A DNA stretch of 64,000 nucleotides from Octopus sinensis (lineage: Eukaryota). A program made the translations under genes and the position numbers. Under the pieces are notes generated by a model. The model was not told the origin of the DNA, ran no database searches, and saw only the letters and a program-made list of their open reading frames with translations. Below are positions 1-12,789 of this stretch, one piece after another. Each line of letters starts with the position of its first letter. Position 1 is the first letter of the stretch. The stretch is taken from the NCBI RefSeq assembly GCF_006345805.1, contig NC_043000.1:24366001-24430000 (forward strand). Reading direction: 5' to 3'.

Positions 1-135
1 GCTAAGAAGCTTGCTTTCCAACCATGTGGTATCAGGTTCAGTCTCACTGGGTGGCACCTTGAGTTTCTTTTACTATATCCATGGGGCCAACCAACTCTTT
101 GTGAGTGGAGTTGGTAGACAGATACCGAAAAAACT
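1..135 (+). mobile_element. SINE family A, partial head cut by the window edge
   Basis: ggttcagtctcactg (B-box-like) followed by gtggcaccttg...tttgtgagtggagttggtagac matches the family A copies at 6616 and 55772. Confidence 0.8.
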
Positions 136-244
136 GTTGCATGTATGTGCATGTGTATGTTTGTGTATCTTTGTCTTGATATCAAGTGGTGGTTCCAAAT
201 GAGAGTCGCCATCATACAACTTGAGTCATTTGTTTCTTGCCTTC

Positions 245-410
245 TGTGCTAAACACACCTGACCACTGAATAATATTACCTTGATTGGAAACAGGTGAGG
301 ATTGGCAACAAGAAGGGTATCTGGCTATAGAAAATCTGTTTCAATAAAATTCACCTGACCCAATCAAGCCATGGAAAAGTGGACATTATATGATACTGAT
401 GATATATTAC
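245..410 (+). mobile_element. RTE-type LINE/SINE 3' end (family C), degraded
   Basis: ggattggcaacaagaagggtatctggctatagaaa...catggaaaagtggacatta...tgatactgatgat matches other family C tails. Confidence 0.65.
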
Positions 411-1796
411 CTGAAAAAATAATTATCGACAAAAGCAAGCAGTATTAATACCAAAACATGATATTTCTATATTTATTATCCGCCTAGAGTCATCTTCACT
501 TCAACAAAGCTAGACAAGATCATATTAGGTCACAATACTGGCCTTTTGGTTATCATACAGTGGGTTCTTACTCAGAGTTTTAGCCACAGAAAAAGATTAG
601 AAATCTACCTTTAAGTTGAAGATGAAATAGTTATGATGGGTAATGTTGACAAAATACTTAATTGTATTCTGTCTCTCTGATAGGAGAATGTTCACATCAA
701 TATTTCACTCAAATTTTAAACATCTAAACACTGAGAGACGTGGGGTACTAAGACCAATGTGGGGTACTAAGACCAGAGGGGGGAGGGTAAAAGAAACAGA
801 AAATAAGTAAGGAGAAAATGAGGAAGAAGATTAGTAAGGAAGATGGCGAAGAAAGAGAAGGGATAGGGGACATTTTCCTCTTCCTCCTTTGTTTTCTTCA
901 AAGATAGAAGAAAAGGAGAAAATAGAATAGGAAGGAAGAAGACATGAAGGAAGAAGCAGAAAAAATAAAAGCAAGATTTGGGGGGGGGGGTGAGAAAATA
1001 TAAACAAAGAAAAGCCCCATCAGCCCCACTAGTCTAATTAATATCCAGTTTTTGTTGTGAAATAAAAAGGGCTGTAAAACTTTAGTTTGTCATTATCATC
1101 TGGTCTTTGAATACTTCTAGTGAAGTCTGCTCTGTTGCAGGGATTCAGACCAGGCCCTAGTTACCTCTAGCAGACATTGACCTGTTGTAGGTAGATACCT
1201 TGACTGACTTATAAAAGAAAACAACAGACAGAACAAACTGCAATATGATGAAGGTGAGGAGGGGTACTTTTAAGAACAAAGAATAAACCCTTCAAGGAAT
1301 TGAAGTGAGGGAGTCAGGGATTGAAGAGAAAGTAGGACATGGTTTCATGCAGGGAATATAGTTGTAAGAGAGCAGCGACTGAATTATGCTTGCTAGGTAG
1401 GTAGGTAACCTTGTTAATTGGCGGGTAAATATGCAGAATGCTACATATCAGAACTGCTTATCAGAACCTGCACAGAGTACTGCACAATGAAGCCTCCTTA
1501 TAATGCTATATAGTAAGGTTGCAGCCGCAAGATAAAAATAAGGTAACTTTGTTGATTGGCAGGTAAAAAATGAAGAGTGTTGCATATCAAAACCTGTGCA
1601 GAATGCTGCACATGGAAGCCACTGCAGTGTGCTGTACAGTGAGGTTATTGCCATAAGTTAAAAATAACACTCTGCAAAATGTCACAGAATGGATTGTCTA
1701 TTGCATGCTGAAATAGGATGCAGGATGCATTGAGAGAGGAGCAAGAAACATGCAGAAAAAAATCAACACCTTAATGCAACAAACTGCAACATAGGT

Positions 1797-1945
1797 GCAG
1801 GAGTGGCTGCGTGATTAAGAAACTTGTTTTGCAAATATGTGGTTTAGGTTCAATCCCAGTGTGTGGCACCTTGGGTATGCGTCTTCTAATATAGTCAAAG
1901 ACTAACCTATGCCTTGTGAGTGAATCTGGCAGATGGAAACTGTGT
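1797..1945 (+). mobile_element. SINE family A head and core, degraded
   Basis: gcaggagtggctgcgtgattaag...ggttcaatccc...gcaccttggg...gccttgtgagtgaatctggcagatggaaactg. Confidence 0.8.
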
Positions 1946-2070
1946 GGACGCCTAGCTGGATTCCTGAAGTTGGTGTTGCAGATCAATAGGTTATTTGCAT
2001 CACAGAACTCCAGGAGCCCAGTTCCCTCTTCATTTCTGGTACCAACTCCATGTACATCATGGAAGATACC
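1945..2070 (-). mobile_element. RTE-clade LINE AP-endonuclease fragment
   Basis: Minus translation HGVGTRNEEGTGLLEFCDANNLLICNTNF matches the RTE endonuclease motif G.G.RNEEG..LLEF....L.I.NT.F. Confidence 0.75.
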
Positions 2071-2096
2071 AAGTTGCTGTCTGACATTCCCATTAA

Positions 2097-2317
2097 CCCT
2101 TTTGTTAGCAACCCGGCTGAAACCGCCTCCGGCTCTGTAGTACACATGTCTTGTCTTCATAAGTTTTGAATTAAAATCTTCCATCAAACCTTAGTCACAA
2201 TTTATGTTCCTAACACTAGCTTAATGATAACTAAGTTGTTTTACTAAATTCTTTGTTATATTTAAAATAATTAAAAGAAACACAGAGAATCTCCACAGAA
2301 ATATGGTAACAAAAGGG
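2097..2317 (+). mobile_element. piggyBac-type MITE, family P1 (221 bp)
   Basis: TTAA at 2093-2096 and 2318-2321; termini ccctttttgtta...gtaacaaaaggg; no coding capacity. Confidence 0.85.
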
Positions 2318-2329
2318 TTAATAATTTAA

Positions 2330-2543
2330 CCCTTTTGATACCAACCTGGCTGAAACTGGCTCTGAGTACAAATATCTTGTTTCCATGAGTTTTAAATTAA
2401 AATCTTCCACTAAACCTTAGTCACAATTTATATTCCTAACACTAGCTTAATGATAACTAAGTTATTTTACTAAATTCTTTGTTGTATTTAAAGTAATTGA
2501 AATAAACACAGAGCATCTCAAAGTAAATACAATAAAGAAAAGG
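2330..2543 (+). mobile_element. piggyBac-type MITE, family P1, second tandem copy
   Basis: TTAA at 2326-2329 and 2544-2547; same internal sequence as the 2097 copy. Confidence 0.8.
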
Positions 2544-3284
2544 TTAAAATCTCCAGCCACAAAGATGAGATCATTGATGATGATGGCGGGTCCTGTATAT
2601 TTTCCATTCACAATACTTGTTCAATCAACCTATCTATATTCTATTAACACCATACATCAATATCATTGTTACTATCTCTGTTGTTTACATCAGCTGATGA
2701 TCTCTTACATGTCCAGACAGACACATTCTCAACTCATTTGCATTCTGTCATTTACATTAATTATAATTAAAGTTCAGTTATTGAAAATCCTCAGTTAATT
2801 ATGGCTCAGTTGTGCTTATGGTATTGCAGGGAATTAATTACCATTAATTATTGATCTAATCACCTATTAACATACCAGCCGATGAGGAGTCCAGTCGTCT
2901 ACATGGTTGCTCAACCTGCTAGAAATAACAGCCAAATATCACTGACTTAAAAAAGGAAAGGACATGAAATGGAGAAGGCTAGAATACCTTTAATTATAGG
3001 TTTATTCAATTAAAGACTAACCAGGAACTAATCAATAACAACAACTAGATAAAAGCAATCATTGTTTAGTTTTTAAATATCTGATTATTCTATTTTGGAA
3101 ATATTATTTTATGATTCAAGATGCAATTTCAATATTTAAAAGAATTTTTCTAGTGGTGAGGCTAAATTTGACCAAGAAATATGAGATCAAAAAATTTTTG
3201 CATCAAATTTAATTTGACTTTTATTGAATCTAATTTATACTTTGTATATTTGTAATGTTTAAAATAGGTACACTGCCATTCTGT

Positions 3285-3452
3285 GTGTTGTAAGAAGTGA
3301 CTGAAGGTTGGCATCAGGAAAAGCATCCAATTGTAAAATGTTACCACAAAAAGTCCCACCCAAAAATGCCAGCAAGGAAAAGTGGACATAAAAACAATGA
3401 TGAAGGTGATGATGACAGTGGTGATGGTGATGATGATGAAGGTGATGATGAA
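3285..3452 (+). mobile_element. Family C RTE-type tail with (GAT)n end
   Basis: ggttggcatcaggaaaagcatccaattgtaaaa...aaagtggacat followed by a gatgat-type run. Confidence 0.65.
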
Positions 3453-4074
3453 TTTAGGTAATAAAGGCTAATCAAAACAGCAGAAACTTCCATGATTTAT
3501 TCAAATTTAATTAAGTCAGTCATCATCCTCATCATTCATCACCACTATCACCACTACACCATTATCATCATTTTATAACTGCTTTCCATGCTAGTATGGG
3601 TTGGCTAGGTTATCACCACTTAGATGTTTTGGGAAACATATCTTTCTTGTGCATTTAAAAAAAAATATTCATTTATTTCTGGCAGAGTTTCCATGGCTGG
3701 ACGACATTCCTATCACCAATAATTCTCCAAAGTGTTCTCGGTGCATTTTTCATGGCACCAGCATTAGAGAGGTTGTCATGTCCTTGACAAGCCTCAAAGC
3801 AGATTGGAGTTACATTCATGGATCACCAGATTCTAATTCATTAAACGAAGAGTTAGTTTACGGCTTGAAGATGAAGGCGGTTTAGTCTAACATTAAAATG
3901 GTAGTCTTTAATAATGGCAGTTGATGTTAAGTTCTCTTTTAATGTCACACAACATGAATCTCATTGGTGGAAGGACCAAAGTATTTATGATGTTACCCAC
4001 AGACAATCTTCTCCATTACCTTTCCTGCAATGGCACAAAAAAGTAATATTGCTTTTGCTGTACAGAGACGGTAG

Positions 4075-4121
4075 ATACATAAATAGATAGATAAGAGTGA
4101 TTGTGTGCGTGGGTATATGTG

Positions 4122-4166
<45 letters not shown>

Positions 4167-4276
4167 GGGAGGAGGAAGAGGGAGTGAATTACACATTTGG
4201 AGAATACTAATTCTCAGATGTCTTATCTACCACATCTGAGGGCTTTTCCTTGATGATTGGAGAGAGAGAGATGGAT

Positions 4277-4329
<53 letters not shown>

Positions 4330-4413
4330 AGAGATAGAAATGGATAAGAAAGGAGATAGATAGAGAGAGAAAGAGAGAAAGATGGATAAGAAGGGAGACA
4401 GATAGATAAATAA

Positions 4414-4444
<31 letters not shown>

Positions 4445-4495
4445 TAAGAAGGGAGATAGATAAATAGTGATAGAGAGGAAGAGAGAGAGAGAAAT
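4075..4495. repeat. Compound microsatellite (GATA)n, (TA)n, (GA)n
   Basis: Direct reading: gata runs 4123-4165, (ta)n 4283-4326, ga-rich runs to about 4490. Confidence 0.95.
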
Positions 4496-5620
4496 AACAA
4501 TAAAGAATCAGGTTAGAAGTGTTTATCCAGAAAACTACTGGTGGGGGGGGGGTCACATTGATTGAAGTAGCTTTTTGTTGTTGTTGTTGTTTTATAAATA
4601 CAGATTAGAAGATATTCAGAAACTGAAAAGTTCTATGATGTAGAAGATAAAAACAGAACAAAAATATCGATTGGAAATACACTGTTCAATAAATAAGCCA
4701 AATGTTGTGTGAACTGGTTGTGTCAGCGAACATGGAAGTAAATGGAAATGAAAAAAAAAAGCAAAAATTAAAAAGAAAAAAAAACCTCTGTAAACATCCA
4801 TCATACCATAGCTTGTTATGTGGGTTCAATCCCACAGCATAGCACTTTGGGAAAGTGTCTTCTACTATAGACCAAGTTCAACCAGTACCTTATGAGTTAA
4901 TCTGGTAGACTGTGAGGAAGCTTATCATATATATATATATATATAATCAAAATAAGCAACAAGTATATCCGAGGTAATGTGGTACGATTGTTTCATGCTA
5001 CTTCATTTTATTAAACACTGTAAGTTTTACATCAGTTTTAAAATGTCGAGCAATCTTCAGCCACTTACAGAAATTTTCCAATCAAACGGACAATGCACAT
5101 TCTTATCTCTATTTCGTTTGCCAACATTATAAAGAGGGTATATATATATGGTTGTGTGTGTGTGTATATGATGGACTTTCCTGTCAAAGACAATGTATGA
5201 CTGTTCAGCTTTTGATGAACAACCCGGACAGATGTTTTGCTTGTGGTGATCAAATGCTCATGCCGCACATTGCATTAATCTTTCCATCAAATCAACAGGA
5301 CCACCTTGTACCATGTGTCAAGTGTTAAAGTGACTGGAAAGCAACATAAGATGAAGAATACAACACATCACTCTGTCTAGGAATTGAAACCACGATCTCA
5401 CAACAGTGAGTGCAACAGCCTAACAACCAAGCTATGCACCCTCACACTGTGTGTGCGTGTATGTGTGCATATATTTATATCAATATACAGGGTGATTCAA
5501 AAGTTGCCATACATAGGAACAATTTATCTTTTTTATAAGAAAGTTTTTTTAAAAATTTAACAGGCTTTATATGCAATATTAAATCCATGAGTGAGGTATA
5601 AACAGTAGCTGCTTGACATC

Positions 5621-5907
5621 GTGAAGTATATTTGTCACTTAAATGTGGCTAACCCTTAAGGGTCGATGCTACTGCAGCTTGCAGCCCCAGGAAGACGTCT
5701 CCTCCAGCTGGCTATTAACACACTTTCTGTGCCCTATCAATATTTGCAAAAGGAAGTTATCCTTCCCATCTCCAGCCTTTGCAAATACTGATAGGGCATA
5801 GAAAGTGTGTCAATAGCCAGCTGGAGGAGACGTCTTCCTGGGGCTACAAGCTACAGTAGCATCAACCCTTAAGGGTTAGTCACATTTAAGTGGCAAATAT
5901 ACTTCAC
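5621..5907. mobile_element. Foldback/MITE-like inverted repeat, 130-bp arms and 27-nt loop
   Basis: 5621-5750 versus the reverse complement of 5778-5907: 122/130 identical by hand alignment; no target duplication recognised. Confidence 0.85.
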
Positions 5908-5911
5908 AAGG

Positions 5912-6121
5912 CTCTATATGGTTACCATTGTTTTGAGTACACATTGCACTACATTTACCCCATTCATTGTGAACTTGTAATACCACATCTGGTGATACGT
6001 GTGCAATTGAGTTGGTGATGCGTTCCTTCAAATGATTTATATCTTTTATCTTTCCGTGATACACCATGCCTTTCAAATGCCCCCAAAGATAGAAATCAAG
6101 AGGGGTCAGATCAGGGGATCT
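5912..6121 (-). pseudogene. Mariner-like (DDD-type) transposase C-terminal remnant, 70 aa
   Basis: RSPDLTPLDFYLWGHLKGMVY...LKERITNSIA...NGNHIE contains the SPDLxPxD third-catalytic-residue motif of IS630/Tc1/mariner transposases; everything upstream is deleted. Confidence 0.85.
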
Positions 6122-6189
6122 TATAAACTGTTTCTTATAAAAAAATAAATTTTTTCCTATGTATGGAGACTTTTGAATCACCCTGTATA

Positions 6190-6325
6190 TATTGGTGCTA
6201 GGAAGAGCATCCAGCTGTAGAAACCGTGCCAAATCAGACTGGAACTTGATGCAGCTCTCCAGTTTACCAATCTCAGTCAAAGCATGGAAAGCAGGCACCG
6301 AATGATGATGACAATGATGATGGTA
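6190..6325 (+). mobile_element. Family C RTE-type tail
   Basis: ttggtgctaggaagagcatccagctgtagaaaccgtgccaaatcagactgg...gcatggaaagc...gatgatga. Confidence 0.75.
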
Positions 6326-6615
6326 TATCAATATCATAATCATCTAATGTCCATGTTCCATGTTGGCATGAATCCAAGAACTGCACTATTCTCCAATGTC
6401 TACTTCGGCATGGTTCCTATGGCTGGGCAGCCTTCCAATGCCAACCACTTTATAACATAAGTATATGCAGGTTGTCTTTGTGTTGGTCCCCCAGACATTT
6501 GACAACTGGTGCTGGAGGTGTTTACCTCTCTGTAACTTAGTGATTTGGCAGAAGAAACCAATAGAATCCGTACCTAACTTGAAAAAAATAAAATAGAATA
6601 AAATAAAAATAAGTA

Positions 6616-6993
6616 CAGGTGTGGCTGTGTGGTAAGTAGCTTGCTTACCAACCATATGGTTCTGGGTTCAGTCCCACTGTGTGGCACCTTGGGCAAGTGT
6701 CTTCTACTATAGCCTCGGGCCAACCAAAGCCTTGTGAGTGGATTTAGTAGACAGAAACTTAAAGAAGCCCATCGTATATATGTATATATATATATGTGTG
6801 TTTGTGTGTTTGTGTTTGTCTCCCCACCATCGCTTGACAACCGATGCTGGTGTGTTTATGTCCCCGTAACTTAGCAGTTTGGCAAAAGAGACCGTTAGAA
6901 TAAGTACTGGGCTTACAAAGAATAAGTCGACTAAAAGGTGGTGCTCCAGCATGGCCACAGTCAAATGACTGAAACAAGTAAAAGAGGGTAAAA
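6616..6993 (+). mobile_element. Full-length SINE family A (tRNA head, CORE-like segment, (TA/TG)n linker, 3' domain, gtaaaaga tail)
   Basis: A-box-like tggctgtgtggt, B-box-like ggttcagtccc, accttgggcaagtgtctt (compare MIR/CORE accttgggcaagttactt, recalled), 3' ggtgctccagcatggccacagtcaaatgactgaaacaagtaaaag. Confidence 0.9.
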
Positions 6994-7529
6994 AGGAGCA
7001 ATTTGTTTTACTAAACTCTTCAAGGTGGTGCTCCAGCATGGCCGTAGTCCAATAACTGACTACGTATAGGATAAAAGCTCAAGTACAACAAGTATAGGAT
7101 AAAAGATAAAATGCACCAAACTACTTACACGGAATAATAATATTGTTAAAAATTCATGCAAAACTGAACCAAAAAACATTATTTTGCTATTATGTTTATT
7201 TTTCTGGTTTTATTTTGTCTTTTTGTTTTTCTAATGGTAAATCTTTGAGTAAATAAATCCTATTCCCAGGAAAGTATTCTAAGATATCAATAAAAGCCAT
7301 TTCACTTTATTTGCTATCTACTGCGGAGATGTTCGGAGATGTTTCCCCCCAAATTAAAGCTATACACATAATACATGTGTCTAGCAGAATGTTTTGGCTA
7401 GGTTTTGTTTGTTTGTGCTTTTTATTTATTTATTTATTCTGGTTTTGTTTATTTCCTTTTCATGAATTTTTTAAATATTTTATTTTAATACAAAGCTTTT
7501 AACACTGGATACAGGTGAGATGGATGATA

Positions 7530-7630
7530 TGAAGAGAGAGAGAGGGGGAAGGGAGAGAGGGAAGGAGAGAGAGAGGGAGAGAGAAAGAGAGTGAGGGAGA
7601 AAGAAAGAGAGAGAGAGAGAGAGAAAGAAA
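7530..7630. repeat. (GA)n/GGA purine microsatellite
   Basis: Direct reading. Confidence 0.9.
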
Positions 7631-8129
7631 CAACTACATAACTGAAACCAGACTTTCAAAGCAATTGAATAGCTTTAAATATGCATCATGCACATGCATG
7701 CACACATGCCCACACATATGCACACAAATATGCAGGCATGTTATGCATGCATATATGTCTCGTTTTTGAATTGGTTTGCATAATTCTTGACATGAAAGCT
7801 ATATACGTACATATGTGTGTGTGTGAGTGTGTGTGTGAGTGTGATTATGTAGGCATATAAACGATGAAATATATAAATCTCTGGATACTCACACATTGTA
7901 ACACAACCATTTCCAAACTCATGCCTAACTGCATCCGACAAATTTACCATTTTTAATTCTTACTAACCATTAACCACACTACAGGACCTATGGAACTCAT
8001 AAATGTTTATTTAACTACTTAGAAAATACTACATACACACACACACACACACATGTGCAACCCATGCCAGCATGGAAGGCGGATGTTAAACGATGATGAT
8101 GATACACACACACACATATACATACATAT

Positions 8130-8527
8130 ACTCTTACTCTTTACTCTTTTACTTGTTTCAGTCATTTGACTGCGGCCATGCTGGAGCATCGCCTTTAATC
8201 AAGCAACTCGACCCCGGGACTTATTCTTTTGTAAGCCCAGTACTTATTCTATAGGTCTCTTTTGCCGAACGCTAAGTAACGGGGACGTAAACACACCAGC
8301 ATCGGTTGTCAAGCAATGCTAGGGGACAAACACAGACACACAAGCACATATATATATATACATATATACGACGGGCTTCTTTCAGTTTCCGTCTACCAAA
8401 TCCACTCACAAGGCTTTGGTCGGCCCGAGGCTATAGTAGAAGACACTTGCCCAAGGTGCCATGCAGTGGGACTGAACCCGGAACCATGTGGTTGGTAGAC
8501 AAGCTACTTACCACACAGCCACTCCGG
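8130..8527 (-). mobile_element. Full-length SINE family A, little diverged
   Basis: Reverse complement of the 6616 layout; many CpGs retained (cgacccc, ggtcggcccgagg). Confidence 0.92.
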
Positions 8528-9249
8528 CGCCTATGTAATTTATCACGAACATAATGTATGTCGTACATCTCCGAAACCATATCTATAGAAGTTAGCTTTG
8601 AAAAATAATGGAATTCTATATGGGAATTCAGGAAAAACAACAAAATTTAATCCACTATCACAACAAGTTGTATCGGTTGGTTTTCCAAATTAAATATTGG
8701 AACAGACATTCAAAAGATCCTGAAGAATACACCAAAACAATAAGTATTAAACAAAGGAAGAAAAATTTCAATAACTGATACTAGACTCTTAATTCAATTA
8801 GCAGAAAACAGAACATGTCGAATCGAATGACATGAATGGGATACTTATTCAAAAGGATTAATAATGATGGTTTCTTACAAAAGACAAAAGTCTACAGAAT
8901 TATAGAGGAGAGAATGATGGGATTGAATGGCATGTTTGCCATTCTCCAATGACATTATGATCTAATAAATAGATTGAATTTGATTGGAAGTTAAAATTCA
9001 GCCCAGAACTGATCTTGCTTGTAATTCATGCATAAAAAATGGTAACAAGAATATATTAACAATGGTTGGTACAAGACCAGAATATAATAGAGGAGGAATA
9101 TAGTTGATTGGAATCAATGCCACTGGGTGCAGCTCAAGGACCCATAAAGCTGGATACCAAGTTTCCATGGTATGTAAGTGACTGAGATTGCAATTTTCTT
9201 CTGAATGGTGTGCTGGTCCTTTGCAGCAATAGGGCTCAAGGGCAGCAAT

Positions 9250-9905
9250 TTTTGAAGGGAGGGGACAAGTCAGTTACATCAACCCGTGTACATGACAAAT
9301 ATTTTATTTTATCGACCGTGAAAGAATGAAAGACAAAGTTGATCTCAGCAGGATTTGAACTCAGAACTAAAGAGCTGGAAGCATTTGGTCCGATGTGCTA
9401 ACGACTCTGCCAACTTGCCACCTCATAGTGTTTATCTTTTAACTTTTACTTGTTTCAGACTATGGCCATGCTGGGGCACTGCCTTCAAGAATTTTCAGTC
9501 AGATGAATCAAACCCAAAAACTTATTCTATCGGCCTCTTTTGCTGAACTGCTAAGCAACAGGGAGGTAAACAAACCAACACCAGTTGTCATGCAGTGGTG
9601 ACGGATAAACACATACATACACACACACACATATATTCTTTTATTTGTTTCAGTTATTTGACTGGCCATGCTGGAGCACTGCTTTTAGTCAAACAAATTG
9701 ACCCCAAGACTTGTTCTTTGTAAGCCTAGTACTCATTCTATCAGTTGCTTTTGCCGAACTGCTAAGTTACAGGGATGTAAACACACCAATATCAGTTGTC
9801 AAGCAATAGTGGGCGGACAAACACAGACACGATAGGCTTCTTTCAGTTTCTGTCTACCGGTGGGAGTGAACGCAGAACCATGTGGTTGGGAAGCAAATGC
9901 CTGTG
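9250..9905 (-). mobile_element. Cluster: SINE family B plus two family A 3' domains and a truncated head
   Basis: atcgaccgtgaaagaatgaaagacaaagttgatctc (B); two ggccatgctgg...tttgc(t/c)gaactgctaag domains (A). Confidence 0.75.
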
Positions 9906-12109
9906 CCTATGATTACTGTTTACTTGTTGTCTTCAGAGTGATTTGAACTCAGAATTCAGAATTGCAAAACTGTACAATGCCAGAGATTTAGACAAATGCT
10001 GTAATGTTTCCATCACTGCTGCCAAGCCTGGGGGTGAGGTCATCACCATCATTATCAACAACAACAATTTCTTATAAATGGGTAGAGGGAGGAGACTAGG
10101 ATAATCACTTGCATTTACCCAAATAAATAATTAAAATTTGTCATCAAAATCTACTCCAGCAGGATTTGAATTTAATATAAAGGAATGAAATTTAAATGAA
10201 CCAGTCAGGAGGCTCTTTACAATTCAGTTTCTGTATTCTGAGAGGTAAAACAGGTAATGGTTAGTGACAAGAAAGGCATATAGCTGTAAAACAATGCTTC
10301 AGTAGCACGTACTCTTCTAACTCATACTGACATGGGAAAATGGGCATAAAGTGAATGTGTGTGTAAAACCAATGTTAAAGATGATGATGATATACATAAT
10401 TATATATATATATAATTACACAGAGAGTGATATAAACCATTCTTTTAACTTGAAGAACGGAAATAGATTAGACCCAATATTAGTTAAGTATATGAAATGT
10501 CAGACTATTGACTAAATGTTCACTGCTTTATCTCATGTTATTATTGATGCTGTTCTGTATTACAGACAAAACTGGCTTAGTCCACCTTGTATATAAGTTA
10601 TAATAGTCTACAGTACTGATTTCACATTTTCCTAAGGATTTAAGGCAGGGAGTGGGGTGCATGTGATGCCAGTGTCCAACCACTCTAAGAATTTCTAATA
10701 TCAACAGACTCATCAAATGTCTAGACTGTCTGGTAGAAATTGGTAGAGATTGGTAGAAAACAACATGGAGTCATTTATGGAAGACAAATAGTCAAAAAAG
10801 AAAAAAAGGTGAAAGAAAAAGATAATAAGGCTCACCACAAAAAACACCTGGCCATTTTCTCAAGTCAAGTTAACCTCCACTTGGTGGGAAATGATGGCAG
10901 CAAACTCTTCTTAGGTAGTAAAAAGGGAGCCTAGCTTTTTTACCGTGCAACCTACTCCAGTTGGTGAATGATAATGCAGTTGCTACAAACAGGATATGTG
11001 AAAGGAACCCCAGACCTACCACATATACATACAATCTTAGAAACACACCTATTGCACACATACACACACACATATGCAGGTCTGTGAACACACCTACGGA
11101 AATGTCTCTCTGGACATCATTACTTGGAGGTAGGAAGGGGAAATGTTGGGAAGGAGAAGAGAGAAAGAAAGAGGAATGGGATGGATGAAGAAAATGATGA
11201 TGCAGGGTGGGAATATTTAAAACTATTGACTAAAATATTTTCAAGCTGAAGAATAAATAATTTGATACTGTAAAAAATTTGTTGGAGGTAAATGTAAGTC
11301 TTTATGGTAAAACGCCATTACTATGTACACACACACATACACAGTCAGACACACATACACACACAGTCAGACACACACATACACAGACAGAGTCAGAGAG
11401 AGAGAGAGAGACACACACACACACACACACAATTTATAAAACCAGTTACCTATACATACACCAAAAACTTATGAAAACAACAGCCACATGTATTCCCACA
11501 CATACTTCTAAAAAGAACATAATTTGTAAAAGCAATTGGTACACATAAAAGACAAACAATCAAACAAACAAAATAAGTCGACACATGCCACAAACACATG
11601 CATGAACACACACACACACAATTTTCTCTGGTTTCTTCTCATACACACACATACGCAAACACATGAAGTTGTAAAAACAAGATGCATAAGCAACGCTTAA
11701 AACAAAACATCTCTTCTCCCCAGAGCTGAGCAGAGAGAAGATAGGGAATACTTGGGAATACGGTGCCAGTGAAGTCTGAAATAGTATGGGGAGGCACAAA
11801 GTTAGAAAACTTTCTTTACCTTAGGAAAAAAATAAGAGATCTCTCTTCTTCACATCTGCCACTTCATTTTCAGGTGACTTATATAAATGATAATAAACCC
11901 TGCTACAAGACTATTTCCTTCTGAAGGAAACATTCTATATAAATAGTAGCATCAACCAATATAATATAGGCAGGCTGTAATGAATTTAAAGACTGATAAT
12001 GTTAACGAATGGAAGTACTTACTTCCTTTTATAACATCTTCCCTGAATCTAGTCCAAAGAAATATCAGAGACATAATGGTTATTAAAAGGTATTTTCTGT
12101 TTTGTCTTT

Positions 12110-12550
12110 TAACAGACTGTGGCCATCCTGGGGCACCGCCTTGAAGAATTTTTTAGCTGAACGAATCAAACCCGGTACTTTTTCTTTTAAGTCTGGTACT
12201 TAGGCTATTGGTCTCTTTTGTTGACCTGCTAATGTTACATGGATGTAAACACACTGACACTGGTTGTCAAGTAGAGGTGGGAGATCTATCACAGACACAA
12301 AGACACACGTGTGTGTATGTGTGTGTATATATAACCTGTGCTAGCACGAAAAACGGACGTTAAATGTTGATGATGATGATGATATATGTGTGTGTGTGTG
12401 TGTGTGTGTGAGGTGCTTCTTTCAGTTTCCATCTACCAAATCTACACACAAAGCTTTGGTCAGCCCATGGCTATAGTAGAAGACACTTGCCCAAGGTGCC
12501 ATGCAGTGGGACTGAACTTAGAACCATGTAGCTGTGAAGCAAGTTTCTTT
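12110..12550 (-). mobile_element. SINE family A, degraded
   Basis: gactgtggccatcctggggcaccgcc...; ggctatagtagaagacacttgcccaaggtgccatgcagtgggactgaac. Confidence 0.8.
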
Positions 12551-12789
12551 AAGTCAATTTTTTTTAATAGTGGAACTTGAAGTAGAAAAAACTATAAATG
12601 GCAGCTTATAGAAAATTGGTTTAAAAAATACCTTTGGATGGGAAAAGTTAAAAGCTCCCTATAGGTAATGGAATCCACATCTGTAAAATGAAAGATGTGC
12701 TAGATTTACCAATTTAGTTGTGTCAAGGACATGGCTACCTCTCTAGAGCTGGTGCCATGATAATGCATCTAGCTTTACTCTGTAGTCTT

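Larger units (their letters stand above)
5488..6185 (-). mobile_element. Internally deleted Tc1/mariner element with TA target duplication
   Basis: ta|cagggtgattcaaaagtt...acttttgaatcaccctg|ta; about 55-bp imperfect TIRs at both ends; transposase remnant inside. Confidence 0.9.

Noticed and set aside
1290-1760. Possible degraded LINE fragment with an internal ~140-bp duplication
   Set aside because: The duplication is visible, but no diagnostic RT or endonuclease motif could be read, so no family call is made.
2563-2585. tgagatcattg resembling the bantam miRNA 5' end
   Set aside because: Only 11 nt match, followed by a (GAT) run, and I see no complementary arm.
8306-8554. Recurring ORFs containing RRHLPKVPCSGTEP or VEDTCPRCHAVGLNPEP
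   Set aside because: Antisense translations of SINE family A; they recur wherever the SINE does.
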